From positions 7,680 to 71,679 of the forward strand of contig JAKSVE010000002.1 in assembly GCA_024408295.1 (NCBI GenBank): 64,000 nucleotides of DNA. The letters run 5' to 3'. Positions 51,130 to 61,125 of the stretch are shown here, in pieces; positions within the stretch are counted from its first letter, which is position 1, and the number at the start of each line of letters is the position of its first letter. A program made the translations under genes and the position numbers. The notes under the pieces are model-generated. The model did no database searches. It worked only from the letters and a program-made list of their open reading frames with translations, and had not been told where the DNA came from. Origin of the DNA: Bacilli bacterium (GTDB lineage: Bacteria; Bacillota_I; Bacilli_A; RFN20; CAG-826).

Positions 51130-54100
51130 TTATTCTACCACCTTGAAGGCTGCTTCTAAAATAGAAAGAAGAGCGGTCTTGCAAGGTAACTTAAACGCCT
51201 TCTCGACATAAGCCTTATAGGCCTTGAGCTGTTTTCCATACTCTGGGTCATCGATATGCTTAGCTTTGAAGTCGATGACATAAGCATAATCCTCATACAC
51301 CAAAAGTAAATCGATTGAACCGTGAATGTTGCTCTCTTTATCGTAGAATGAGTATTCATGGAACACTTTTGCGTCGGAAAAATCCGGCAAATCGGCGATA
51401 TTTAAGACTTTATCGATGACATTTCTTTCTTTTCCGCTTCTGATGAATGAAGTGTCTTTTGTCTTGAAGTCGACGAGCTCTAATAATCTATGGAGTCTAG
51501 TTCCATACGCTAAAGCAGCTTCATCCATTGGTTGAATTGTTGATTTCGATGCTCTATTTCTTTCTTTGACTATCGGCTTGATGTCAACACTCTTGAATGT
51601 TGGAGCAGGTACATTTTCTTCCACCATCGATGATGCGGATAATTCTTTAGGCTTGATGACATTAACTTCCTTGGTCTTCATGTCAGGGATATCTGCGATT
51701 GCAAGATACTGGAGGAAGCTATCAGCGGATCTGATTGAGGTTGTGAACTTTGGCAATCCGTTCTCGTCGTTTTCTCTCTTCAGCTTAAGGACTTGCCAAC
51801 TGTTGATTCTCTTGTATTCGATTGAGTCATCTTTCTTAGTTACGAGGATGATTTTCTCTTTTGCACGTGTCAAAGAGACATAGAAGAGTCTTAGGAATTC
51901 GTTCTGAGCTTCTGCTCCGCCTTGCTGAGAGATGAGATAATGGAGCATGGAAGGCGAATATTCATCTGTCTTTCCTTTTGGAAGGGCAATACCAAAGATG
52001 TCGCTTGTGAGGAAGTTGCCCGAGGCATCGTCCTTGTTGACTCGTCTAGCCAAATCAGGGCAATAGATGACTGGGAACTCAAGTCCTTTTGAAGCGTGGA
52101 TGGACATCAATTGGACACCTTCTCCTGCTTCTCCTGATTCTTTGACTTTCAATTTTAATCCGAAGCGCTCTAAGTCATAGAAATATGAGTAGTAATCTTC
52201 GATGTTTGTGACGATTTTATCTAAGCTAGATGCAACATCGAGAATTGATTTGAGTTTCTCAAAGTTTGCGATGGTGTTTCCAAGTTTTGGAAGGTTATCA
52301 ACGAATGGGAAAATATGAAGCAACTCATCTGTTGCGTCTCTCACGCTCATCTTCATCAATTTTGGCTTGTTGAATCTGATAGATGAAATGACATCAGATA
52401 CCAAATATGTTCCATTCTTTATTGTTCTATAGATAGTCTCATCGTCTGCACCAACAAGATAACTTCTCATAATTGAAGCGTAGGCGAATTTGATTTTCTC
52501 TTTAGAGATTTCATCATCTCTATCGATGTAATAGATAAGAGTTAAGACCGATCTAAAGGTCATCGAGATATCTTCACTAGATAAATCAGAGTCGCTTGAG
52601 ACCGCTAGAGGAATCTTGGCTTCTGCAAATATTCTCTTGTAGATATCGAATCTGGATTTTCTAGAAATCAAAATAGCGAAATCAGAAGGCGTGCATGGTC
52701 TCATGCCTTGTTTGCTCATGACCATGTATCCGGATTCGACTTTTGAGATGATGTCGTTAGCGATGACCATCGCTTCTCTTTCATCCTGATTTAGAGAGCT
52801 ATGTTTATTAGGGTCGGTGTATTTCAACACTTCGATGTTGTGTTCTTCGCTGCAAGTTGAAGCATATAGATCCTTATTGCCCCAATTGAAATTGTGGCCT
52901 AAAGAATAATCAACTCCACCTAGCTGCATAGACATGCATCTGCCGAAAATGAGGTTGATGTCATCAACTACTTCTTTCCTTGAACGGAAATTATCCTGGA
53001 GACGGATGAGAGTGCCACCTTCTCCTTGGTCATACTTATCGAACTTGTTCTGGAAGATGCTAGGTTCTGCGTTTCTGAAACGATAGATACTCTGTTTGAT
53101 ATCACCTACCGCAAAGACGTTGTTTGAAGCAATGGTCTGGATGAATTCTTCCTGCATTGCATTGGTGTCCTGATATTCATCCACCATGATGTATTTGTAT
53201 TGTTTTGCAAGCTTTTGTCTGATTGTGTCATCTTTAACAATGCCACATGCCATTGAGAAAATGTCAGCAAAAGTCCAGCAACTTGAGTCATATTTAAACA
53301 ATGAGATGGTCTTATCAACGATCATTGAGAACTGGACGATGAATCCGATGTATGGCGATAGGCTCTTGATTCTTTCGCGCTGCTTTTCGCCATTTCCCAT
53401 AGCAAGTACCATTGTGGACATATCGGAGTAAATGCCTTTCACGTTTTCTCTGATTGATTTAGTCTCTTCATCGGTCTGGAAGTTCTTAGATAATCTCTTG
53501 AAGCCTAACTTGTTCTCTTTTCTATAGGCGAAGATGTTATAGATCTCATCATAGGATCCGACGTTGAGGATGCCATCGATGAACTCGGAGTCAAAAGAGG
53601 CGAGATTGCCATCAGGATATAAGGCGGTTAAGTCAGATGCTGCGATAAGGTGCGCATTTAAGTTTTCGTATAATTCACCTAAGCATGCATCTATAAAGCC
53701 ATCAGCACAGGATTTAGCAACGAGGGAGGCATAGAGTTCTTCTCTATTTGGTGCCTTATCAGCGAGTTTTTGAACCGCTAAGACAAGATTTACGATGCTA
53801 TTGATGTCTTTGACGCAATATTCGTGGAACATGTCTTTAACAACAGGCTCTGCAGCTAAGATGCCAGGGAGCGATGTCTCGATGAACTCTCTCTTGATGA
53901 TTTCAAGGTAATTCTCATCGATGATATCAAACTTCTCGTTGATTCCCTTGATCTCATGTTCGCCAAGAATCTTTAATCTGACTTGATCATGGTATTTGAC
54001 AACAAGTCTTCTGGCATATGCATCAAACGTTGTGATATCCGCTCTTTCAACTTCTTCTGAAGCTTCTGTTAAACCGTTATCAGCTAGCTTATCTCTGATT

Positions 54101-54297
54101 CTAGTCTTCATCTCATGAGCGGCTTTATTAGAGAAAGTAAGAACCAAAAATTCAGAGATCTTTGTTTCTCCTTCTGCGATGATTTGAGCGATTCTTTCCG
54201 TCAAAACCGCGGTCTTTCCACTTCCTGCGCCTGCTGAAACGAGGTAGTTGCCACCACGTGAATCGATGGCTTGTTTTTGTTCTTTAGTCCATGCCAT
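51130..54297 (-). CDS. addA: ATP-dependent helicase/nuclease subunit A (AddA/RexA; UvrD-like helicase plus C-terminal RecB-family nuclease)
   Basis: MAWTKEQKQAIDSRGGNYLVSAGAGSGKT (motif I). UvrD helicase motifs. C-terminal nuclease GSIDLLLV...YVIDFKAK. Start at ATG 54295-54297 with a GAGGAG RBS (the 60 upstream codons in the ORF track are rejected). Confidence 0.9.
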   Translation of the reverse strand: MAWTKEQKQAIDSRGGNYLVSAGAGSGKTAVLTERIAQIIAEGETKISEFLVLTFSNKAAHEMKTRIRDKLADNGLTEASEEVERADITTFDAYARRLVVKYHDQVRLKILGEHEIKGINEKFDIIDENYLEIIKREFIETSLPGILAAEPVVKDMFHEYCVKDINSIVNLVLAVQKLADKAPNREELYASLVAKSCADGFIDACLGELYENLNAHLIAASDLTALYPDGNLASFDSEFIDGILNVGSYDEIYNIFAYRKENKLGFKRLSKNFQTDEETKSIRENVKGIYSDMSTMVLAMGNGEKQRERIKSLSPYIGFIVQFSMIVDKTISLFKYDSSCWTFADIFSMACGIVKDDTIRQKLAKQYKYIMVDEYQDTNAMQEEFIQTIASNNVFAVGDIKQSIYRFRNAEPSIFQNKFDKYDQGEGGTLIRLQDNFRSRKEVVDDINLIFGRCMSMQLGGVDYSLGHNFNWGNKDLYASTCSEEHNIEVLKYTDPNKHSSLNQDEREAMVIANDIISKVESGYMVMSKQGMRPCTPSDFAILISRKSRFDIYKRIFAEAKIPLAVSSDSDLSSEDISMTFRSVLTLIYYIDRDDEISKEKIKFAYASIMRSYLVGADDETIYRTIKNGTYLVSDVISSIRFNKPKLMKMSVRDATDELLHIFPFVDNLPKLGNTIANFEKLKSILDVASSLDKIVTNIEDYYSYFYDLERFGLKLKVKESGEAGEGVQLMSIHASKGLEFPVIYCPDLARRVNKDDASGNFLTSDIFGIALPKGKTDEYSPSMLHYLISQQGGAEAQNEFLRLFYVSLTRAKEKIILVTKKDDSIEYKRINSWQVLKLKRENDENGLPKFTTSIRSADSFLQYLAIADIPDMKTKEVNVIKPKELSASSMVEENVPAPTFKSVDIKPIVKERNRASKSTIQPMDEAALAYGTRLHRLLELVDFKTKDTSFIRSGKERNVIDKVLNIADLPDFSDAKVFHEYSFYDKESNIHGSIDLLLVYEDYAYVIDFKAKHIDDPEYGKQLKAYKAYVEKAFKLPCKTALLSILEAAFKVVE

Positions 54298-56701
54298 ATG
54301 GTGTCTCCTCCTCTTCGTTATCGTCCTTCTTTTCGTCATCAATGATTCTAGGAACTCTCTTGATGGCGTCTTCTTTTCTAAAACAAATTGATCTGAATTC
54401 GCACATCTCACACGCTTTGAAATTTGTGCCAACTTCAATTGGTTTGATTTCGAAATTGCCAGCGATGATGTTCTCATCTGCCTTCTTAACGATTTCCTTG
54501 GCTTTCTCTGCCATTTCCTCTAATTGTTCTCTTGATTTGATTCTTCCAAATCCAGGGGTCCTTGATCTATCGATGAAATCGCCTGACTTAGCAGAGATGC
54601 TTAAGCCGACAATCAAATCGGAGTTATCGTTTTTGCTTAAAGCGCGCATCTTTCCAACATCCCCAAGGAATACGCCATCCCACTTGAAAGAATTGAGCAA
54701 TTCCTGCTGGTATGTCTTATTCATTTCCTTATGGAAAACAGGCACGCTGAGCAATGGAGCGATGAATAATCCTAATAGATCTTTCCCATCATATGAGCTG
54801 TCGTTTTTGGCATAGAGAGCATAGAATGGAAGCTGGATGCTTAATCCGTATTGGAACAAGGCTTGGTCAAATCTTTCCGAACCGGTCTTGTAGTCGATGA
54901 CACAATAGTAGTTTTGCTCAGGACCAAATTCGATAACCTTATCGTATTTTCCGGTAATGGTGATTGGAGAGCCTTCTTCTAAAGGAAGTTTGAAGGATGA
55001 TTCAGTTTTAGCGCTGAAGTGTTCCAATCCGCTTTCGTGGCTTCTTGTGAATGTGAGAGCCTCTTTAGCGTAGCCGTGAATAATATCGAGAATCTCCTTC
55101 TCCAATTCATTGAACTCATATCCTTCTGTTTCTTGGATAAGTTCAAATGATTTTTCCCAAGATAAATCTTCATCAAACATCGGATCTACATATGAAGAAC
55201 ATAAGAAATCATGGTAAATCTGGCCTGCAAGTGCATAGAAAGATGTTTCGTAGGTTGAAATGCCTAAGACATTTGAGAGGTAATATGCGAATGGACATTT
55301 GGAGTATGTCTTGATTGATGACGGTGAGTATTTTCTCTTGAATGCTTCTTTTTCGATTACGAATGGCTTGAACTTGTAGTCGAATGATTTGTACTTATCA
55401 TCTTCCATTGCGCCTTCCCATGAGCGAAGTCTCTTATCAACGATCAGGTAGTTGTCATATTTATCCTTGAGGGTTGATAAAGCGATAAGGCCTTTGTCAT
55501 CGGAGTACTCCACTTTAGAGATTGGAGACTCGATTGATTCTAATCCAACAGTCTTTGTTAAAGCGGAGGCGAAGAATGTTGAGCCAAAAGCTTTTGCGGC
55601 AAAGGAAATCTGCTTAACGTTAGGTGTGTTAAGTAAGGCTAATAATTGCTGTTTGGCTTCCTTTGTCCTATCTTCGGATGTCTGGTATCCAAGAATCTTG
55701 CACTTCTCGTCATCGATGTAGGAATCCTCTTCATATACAGGCGGGTAAGTACCCATAGAGAAGTTAACTAAATATAAATGTGAGCCAGAAGGCGCAACGA
55801 AAGAGTCTAACCTTCTTACGATGTTGCCTTTAGATGGTTTGAAAGAGTTCTTGGTGGTTGCGATTTCTCTATAGAGAAGCATCTCAAGTTCTTCTACCTT
55901 GATTACCCCATTCCAGCGTAGAACAATCTTCTCGATTGCCTCAATATCCTCAATTGGGTATCCCTCTTCTTCTAAGATAGGGAACGTGTCTGTTGGTTTC
56001 TTATCGCTAGATAACGCAAGGAATCTTTTGAACGTTGAAGAGTGGCTTAAGTCAAGTGAAACTCCATGCTCAATCTCAAAACCATAGTGACGAGAGAATT
56101 CCTCAAACAGAATGTCATAATCCCCACTTGCGCCAACAACATAGATATCATTGATGCTTGTGCCACTCGATAAATCCTCGGCGATTGCGTTGAAAAGATA
56201 ATGCACTTCTTCATAGATATCTTTGAAAGTAAGGAGGTTTCTGCAAGGTTTTTCACAGGTTTCCGCCTCAAAGTAGACCAAGTTAACATCCTCAACATCC
56301 CTGAGGTAATATTCAATTAACGCTTTTGAAGTGTATCCGAAAACGAGAACATTCTTGCCCTTGAATGTGATTTCTGGATAAGCGTTTCTATACAAGAGAT
56401 ATTCTTTGATGAGGGTTTCTCTAGTTTCTTTATCCTCATCACCAAGGACATTTTCAGCATTTGGAGATGCGAAGACTTTTAGTTTCTTCTTGGCCTCGTT
56501 ATACAAGTGGCCGCCTAAGATAAGCTCTTCGATGGCTCTATCATCATATTTATATAAGAATAAGGAAATGAGCTCATCGCGATCCATTAGCGAGAAGTTT
56601 AGATATGGGTTCTCGCCTTTGAGTGACAAGAAAGAATCGTGCAATTCCCTTGGGGCCACGACTACTGAGTTTTCTAATAAAGAGAGGTCGATATTATTCA
56701 T
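54284..56701 (-). CDS. addB: Helicase/nuclease subunit B, short form (RexB/AddB lacking N-terminal P-loop)
   Basis: 805 aa. RecB nuclease motif YYCVIDYKTG. C-terminal Cys cluster CEMCEFRSIC (Fe-S staple). No Walker A at the N-terminus. Confidence 0.8.
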   Translation of the reverse strand: MNNIDLSLLENSVVVAPRELHDSFLSLKGENPYLNFSLMDRDELISLFLYKYDDRAIEELILGGHLYNEAKKKLKVFASPNAENVLGDEDKETRETLIKEYLLYRNAYPEITFKGKNVLVFGYTSKALIEYYLRDVEDVNLVYFEAETCEKPCRNLLTFKDIYEEVHYLFNAIAEDLSSGTSINDIYVVGASGDYDILFEEFSRHYGFEIEHGVSLDLSHSSTFKRFLALSSDKKPTDTFPILEEEGYPIEDIEAIEKIVLRWNGVIKVEELEMLLYREIATTKNSFKPSKGNIVRRLDSFVAPSGSHLYLVNFSMGTYPPVYEEDSYIDDEKCKILGYQTSEDRTKEAKQQLLALLNTPNVKQISFAAKAFGSTFFASALTKTVGLESIESPISKVEYSDDKGLIALSTLKDKYDNYLIVDKRLRSWEGAMEDDKYKSFDYKFKPFVIEKEAFKRKYSPSSIKTYSKCPFAYYLSNVLGISTYETSFYALAGQIYHDFLCSSYVDPMFDEDLSWEKSFELIQETEGYEFNELEKEILDIIHGYAKEALTFTRSHESGLEHFSAKTESSFKLPLEEGSPITITGKYDKVIEFGPEQNYYCVIDYKTGSERFDQALFQYGLSIQLPFYALYAKNDSSYDGKDLLGLFIAPLLSVPVFHKEMNKTYQQELLNSFKWDGVFLGDVGKMRALSKNDNSDLIVGLSISAKSGDFIDRSRTPGFGRIKSREQLEEMAEKAKEIVKKADENIIAGNFEIKPIEVGTNFKACEMCEFRSICFRKEDAIKRVPRIIDDEKKDDNEEEETPYGMD

Positions 56702-56717
56702 ACCTCATCATTATAAC

Positions 56718-58199
56718 CTATTTTACTTTAAATGCGCGTGTTGCGGTGACGGCTTTCGCCCATCCGCGACAAAGTTTTTCTGCATCCTTAGGATCCATGG
56801 ATGGGAAATACCTCTTTGCGAATGTCTGATTTTTCTCGATTTCATCAAGATTCTTCCAGAATCCGCATGCAAGTCCTGCAAGATATCCAGCACCTAAAGC
56901 GGTTGTTTCAACGTTCTTAGGGATTCTGACTTCACACTGGAGAATATCGGACTGGAACTGCATGAGCAAGTCATTGGCTGATGCGCCTCCATCAACCTTC
57001 AATACCGGAAGATTTAGATGGGCGTCTTTCTTCATGGCATCAATGACATCCTTTGATTGGTATGCAATAGAATTAAGGGCGGCTCTAGTGATGTGGTGCT
57101 TATTTGCGCCTCTTGTGAGCCCGAATATTGCGCCTCTAGCATCATCGTCCCAATATGGTGTACCGAGTCCGACGAATGCTGGAACGAAATACACTCCTGC
57201 TGTGTCATCGACTTTATTTGCGTAGTATTCGGAGTCTTTTGAATCTTCGATCCACTTCATCTGGTCTCTGATCCACTGCACAACAGCCCCGCCGATAAAG
57301 ACCGAGCCTTCTAATGCGTATGTTGTGACTCCGTTGATTCTCCAAGCAACCGTCGTTAAAAGTCCGCTCTTGGTTGGAACTGGGGTTGTTCCGGTGTTCA
57401 TGAGCATGAAGCAGCCGGTTCCATATGTATTCTTGGATTCGCCTTCTCTATAGCAGCACTGGCCGAATAATGCGGCCTGCTGGTCTCCTGCAACGCCATA
57501 GATGTGGACATGTCCTGGGAAGAAAGAGGCTTCTCCGTAGTCGCATGATGAGTCCTTGACCTCAGGAAGCATGCATGATGGGACTCTCCATAACTTGAGG
57601 AGTTCATCGTCCCACTTCATATCATAGATGTTGAATAATGCGGTTCTTGATGCGTTTGAAACATCTGTTGCGTGCACTGCTCCTTTGGTCATTTTGTAGA
57701 TAATCCATGTCTCAACCGTGCCAAATAACAGTTCGCCTTTCTTGGCTCTTTCCTCTGCTCCTTTGACGTTTTCGAGGATGAATCTGACCTTAGATCCTGA
57801 GAAGTATGGATTCAATCTTAAGCCGGTTTTGCTGGCGATAAATGTCTTTTTCTTCTCGTATCTCTCACAGATTTTCTGAGTCTGCTTGGACTGCCAGACA
57901 ATCGCGTTGTAGATTGCCTTGCCGGTTTCCTTGTCCCAGACCACTGTTGTTTCTCTTTGGTTTGTGATTCCGATTCCCGCTATCTCTTCCCATTTGGCTC
58001 CGCTGACGATCATGAGCTCATTGATGACATCAACAACAGACACCCATATAGCGTCTGCGCTCATCTCAACCCAGCCTGGTTTTGGATAGAATAATTCGAT
58101 TTGACGTTGGGCCTTATATAGAGCCTCGCCTTTTTTAGAGAACAAAATGGCACGTGTGGATGTGGTGCCCTGGTCGACTGCCAAGATATATTTTTTCAT
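56718..58199 (-). CDS. glpK: Glycerol kinase
   Basis: MKKYILAVDQGTTSTRAILF. FGGY-family N- and C-domains. 493 aa. Confidence 0.95.
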   Translation of the reverse strand: MKKYILAVDQGTTSTRAILFSKKGEALYKAQRQIELFYPKPGWVEMSADAIWVSVVDVINELMIVSGAKWEEIAGIGITNQRETTVVWDKETGKAIYNAIVWQSKQTQKICERYEKKKTFIASKTGLRLNPYFSGSKVRFILENVKGAEERAKKGELLFGTVETWIIYKMTKGAVHATDVSNASRTALFNIYDMKWDDELLKLWRVPSCMLPEVKDSSCDYGEASFFPGHVHIYGVAGDQQAALFGQCCYREGESKNTYGTGCFMLMNTGTTPVPTKSGLLTTVAWRINGVTTYALEGSVFIGGAVVQWIRDQMKWIEDSKDSEYYANKVDDTAGVYFVPAFVGLGTPYWDDDARGAIFGLTRGANKHHITRAALNSIAYQSKDVIDAMKKDAHLNLPVLKVDGGASANDLLMQFQSDILQCEVRIPKNVETTALGAGYLAGLACGFWKNLDEIEKNQTFAKRYFPSMDPKDAEKLCRGWAKAVTATRAFKVK

Positions 58200-58248
58200 A
58201 ACGCCAATATTATATTGATTTCTATTTTATATTTGTAGAGCAAAAGAA

Positions 58249-58273
58249 AATGCCCACCGCTAAGTGAGCATTC
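58249..58273 (-). terminator. Rho-independent terminator directly after pepP stop / upstream of glpK
   Basis: AATGCCCAC-CGCTAA-GTGAGCATT stem-loop with a T-rich run on the minus strand. Confidence 0.5.
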
Positions 58274-58276
58274 TAC

Positions 58277-59563
58277 TTACTTGTTTGAAAGGTAAGCTTC
58301 GATTTCGTCGACTTCCTTCATGATGCCAGCGGTTAAGACTTCGCATCCGTCTTCCGTGATCAATAAGTCGTCTTCGATTCTGATGCCGATGCCCTTGTCA
58401 TCCATGTATAAGCCAGGTTCGTTTGAGATGACCATGCCTGGTTCAAGTTTAATCTTCTTGCTCTCGCGGCTATTTGGAGCAAAGTAAGCATCATGAGTGT
58501 CCAATCCGATGAGGTGTGAGACTCCATGGAAGTAGTAATTCATGATATCTTCTTTCTTGGAGATATATCCCTTTGCAAAGCATTCGTCTGCGAGATACTG
58601 GATTGTTGCCTGCTGGAGTTCTTCAATCGTCATGCCAGGCTTTGCGATGGATGCAACCATCTTGTTGCAGCCTAAGACGATGTTGTAGATATCCTTCTGG
58701 AGAGGTGTGAACTTACCGCTGACCGGGATGGTTCTAGAAACGTCTGCACAGTAATAGCCATCTCTTGAGCCTAAGTCGAGGAGCAAGAGGTCTCCATCAT
58801 GCATCGTATCCTTCAAGGTTGTGTAGTGAAGGCATGTAGCGTTCTTTCCTGCTGCAACGATTGTCGGGAATGAGAGTCCCTGGTATCCAGATTCGTCGTT
58901 TACGACATGGAGGAAAAGGTCTGCCATTTCGTATTCTTTAGCACCATCGTGCATCGCACCCATGATTCTATAGATACCAATCTTTGTTGCATCGATTGCA
59001 GAACGCAATAAGTCGATTTCCTTCTGCGACTTTCTGAGTCTGAGGTTTGTGATTGGAGCGTATGCATCGATGAACTGGATGTTCTGGTACTGCTGAGCAA
59101 GCTCGTTTTTGTACATCAAGGTTGACTTCTCCTGTGCAATCTTGATTTCTGGCTCCATATCAATGTAGACATTTTCAATGTCACCGTACTGAGATAACAC
59201 TGGGTCGAGGATAGCCATGACCTTAGCGTTTAGTGCGGTGTTGACCTGGGTATTTGCGACTCCAGAGATTGTTGCGGCTTCATTGAGGGTCAATCTCTTA
59301 CCATACCACTTCTCCTTGATTGGCTCATATGGAGAGACGAAGAGGAATTCTTTGATTTCTCCATCTGAATTGACTAGGATGAGTGATGAATCAGGCTGAT
59401 CGATGCCTGTGAGGTAATAGAAATTGCGGTTTACCTCGAATGGGTAGAACTCGTCTGCGCTGCTCTTCTTCTCGACTCCTGAGAATAAGATGAGCACGCT
59501 GTTATCAAGCATCATGGAGATCAATCTTTGTCTTCTTGATGCGTATTCGTTTGCTGTGATCAT
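58277..59563 (-). CDS. pepP: Xaa-Pro aminopeptidase (M24B, PepP-like)
   Basis: Creatinase-N plus pita-bread domain. HGVSHLIGLDTHD and EPGMVISNEPG metal-ligand regions. Confidence 0.85.
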   Translation of the reverse strand: MITANEYASRRQRLISMMLDNSVLILFSGVEKKSSADEFYPFEVNRNFYYLTGIDQPDSSLILVNSDGEIKEFLFVSPYEPIKEKWYGKRLTLNEAATISGVANTQVNTALNAKVMAILDPVLSQYGDIENVYIDMEPEIKIAQEKSTLMYKNELAQQYQNIQFIDAYAPITNLRLRKSQKEIDLLRSAIDATKIGIYRIMGAMHDGAKEYEMADLFLHVVNDESGYQGLSFPTIVAAGKNATCLHYTTLKDTMHDGDLLLLDLGSRDGYYCADVSRTIPVSGKFTPLQKDIYNIVLGCNKMVASIAKPGMTIEELQQATIQYLADECFAKGYISKKEDIMNYYFHGVSHLIGLDTHDAYFAPNSRESKKIKLEPGMVISNEPGLYMDDKGIGIRIEDDLLITEDGCEVLTAGIMKEVDEIEAYLSNK

Positions 59564-60171
59564 TTTGCTTCCTCCTTAAGTAACTGTATCGTTTTGCCAA
59601 CTCCTCGGATTATCTCATACGAGAGAGAATCCACGAATTTGGTCAACTCTTCTTTTTCACCTTTGATAAGTATATTCACTTGTTCGCTGAATTGCTCATT
59701 ATAAATTGTAAGATTTGTCTTTGCGACGAGCTTCTTCACGTACTCATAATCTGCATAGGACATCTCTAATGGCATCTCCATTCCCTCGATTATCCTTGCA
59801 AAACTGGCCTTTGATATGACATCTTCCGCCGAATCTCTATAGGTTCTTGTCAATCTTGGTAGGCCCAACTTTGTTCCTCCGAAATATCTGATGACAAGAA
59901 TCAAGGCGCGAGTGATGCCATGCTGTCGAAGGATTGTGAGAAGAGGCATACCCGCTGAACGCGATGGTTCCCCATCATCGCTCATTCTTTCCAAAGCATC
60001 CATCCTAGCGGCGTAGCAATAGTGTGTAGCCTTAGGATAGACCTCTTTGAACTTAGCTAGGTATTCATCAATTTCCTTCTCTTCCATGATAGGCTCGAGG
60101 ATGGCGATGAATCTCGATCCGAGAACCTTGATTTCGCTTATGTATTCTTTGAATGGTAACAATTCCGCCAT
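59560..60171 (-). CDS. IMPACT/YigZ-family protein (UPF0029)
   Basis: Conserved DDGEPSRSAGMPLL core. 203 aa. 4-nt overlap with pepP. Confidence 0.8.
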   Translation of the reverse strand: MAELLPFKEYISEIKVLGSRFIAILEPIMEEKEIDEYLAKFKEVYPKATHYCYAARMDALERMSDDGEPSRSAGMPLLTILRQHGITRALILVIRYFGGTKLGLPRLTRTYRDSAEDVISKASFARIIEGMEMPLEMSYADYEYVKKLVAKTNLTIYNEQFSEQVNILIKGEKEELTKFVDSLSYEIIRGVGKTIQLLKEEAK

Positions 60172-60249
60172 GACAATTTCCTAAGTTCTCGCCTCTAAAT
60201 CAATTTATAAATAAATTATGGGGTGTTTTTATAAGCGAAATCAATTAAA

Positions 60250-61125
60250 ATGTCCCAAGGATTATTATTTATGTTTGAGTTATTTAAGTACCATACCTGC
60301 CCTAATTGCGGCAAGAAGCATGACATACTAGATGAAAAGTGCCCACATTGCGGCGCCATCAACCAGGACAGAAGCCCAAGAAGCGGATCTTTTGCTAACC
60401 AAGTAACATTCGGTCACATCAGAGAGTTCTTGCTTGCTATCGCTCAATTCATTGTCATGTATGGCATCTTGAACTTGATCCAGGTGATCATGGTAAGCGT
60501 AATACTCGCTAGGGAAGGCTCACCTGAAGCTGCACAGGCTTGGATAAACGCAAATATCGGCGTTCTTAATATCGGATTAAATCTCACCTCTGAACTCTTA
60601 TGCTTAACCGCGTTTGCATTCATCATGTGGAGATATATCCCTAAGCTAATCAATTCGTTCAAGAATCCTAAGGTGCTTTTAGGCATTCCTTTGGGACTTG
60701 CGATGATGTTCATCAGCGTGCAGATATCAAACTTCTCCTACATGATAACCGGTGGAGCTTCGAACATGAACTCCGACGCGCTGGATGGACTGATGACTCA
60801 ATCCACATTCATCTACTTCTTGTTTGCCGTCATTCTTGCACCGCTTGTTGAAGAAATCTCATACCGTGTTGGCATGTTCACATTCCTTAAGAGAATCCAC
60901 CCTGCAGTTGCATATGTCGGCGTAGCTGTAATCTTTGGCCTCATTCACATGCACAGTCTCACAGACCCAGTTGAATGGGCATACTTCCCTGGATATGCAT
61001 TCGGTGGCTTAGCTTTATCGTTTATCTATGATAAATTCGGATTCGGAGGCTCACTACTAGCCCACATGACAAATAATGGTATTGCCGTTTTAGTTTCTAT
61101 AGTTGCTATGAAGGCGGGCATCTAA
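60250..61125 (+). CDS. CPBP-family intramembrane metalloprotease (CAAX protease/Abi) with N-terminal zinc ribbon
   Basis: CPNCGKKHDILDEKCPHCG. CPBP motifs EEISYR and FGLIHMH. Polytopic. Confidence 0.8.
   Translation: MSQGLLFMFELFKYHTCPNCGKKHDILDEKCPHCGAINQDRSPRSGSFANQVTFGHIREFLLAIAQFIVMYGILNLIQVIMVSVILAREGSPEAAQAWINANIGVLNIGLNLTSELLCLTAFAFIMWRYIPKLINSFKNPKVLLGIPLGLAMMFISVQISNFSYMITGGASNMNSDALDGLMTQSTFIYFLFAVILAPLVEEISYRVGMFTFLKRIHPAVAYVGVAVIFGLIHMHSLTDPVEWAYFPGYAFGGLALSFIYDKFGFGGSLLAHMTNNGIAVLVSIVAMKAGI

Noticed and set aside
54291-54815. + strand ORF 54291..54815 (174 aa) and the long N-terminal extension of addA (54298..54477)
   Set aside because: Both are antisense or in the wrong context relative to addB. 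The addA start with RBS and conserved MAWTKEQ N-terminus is at 54297.
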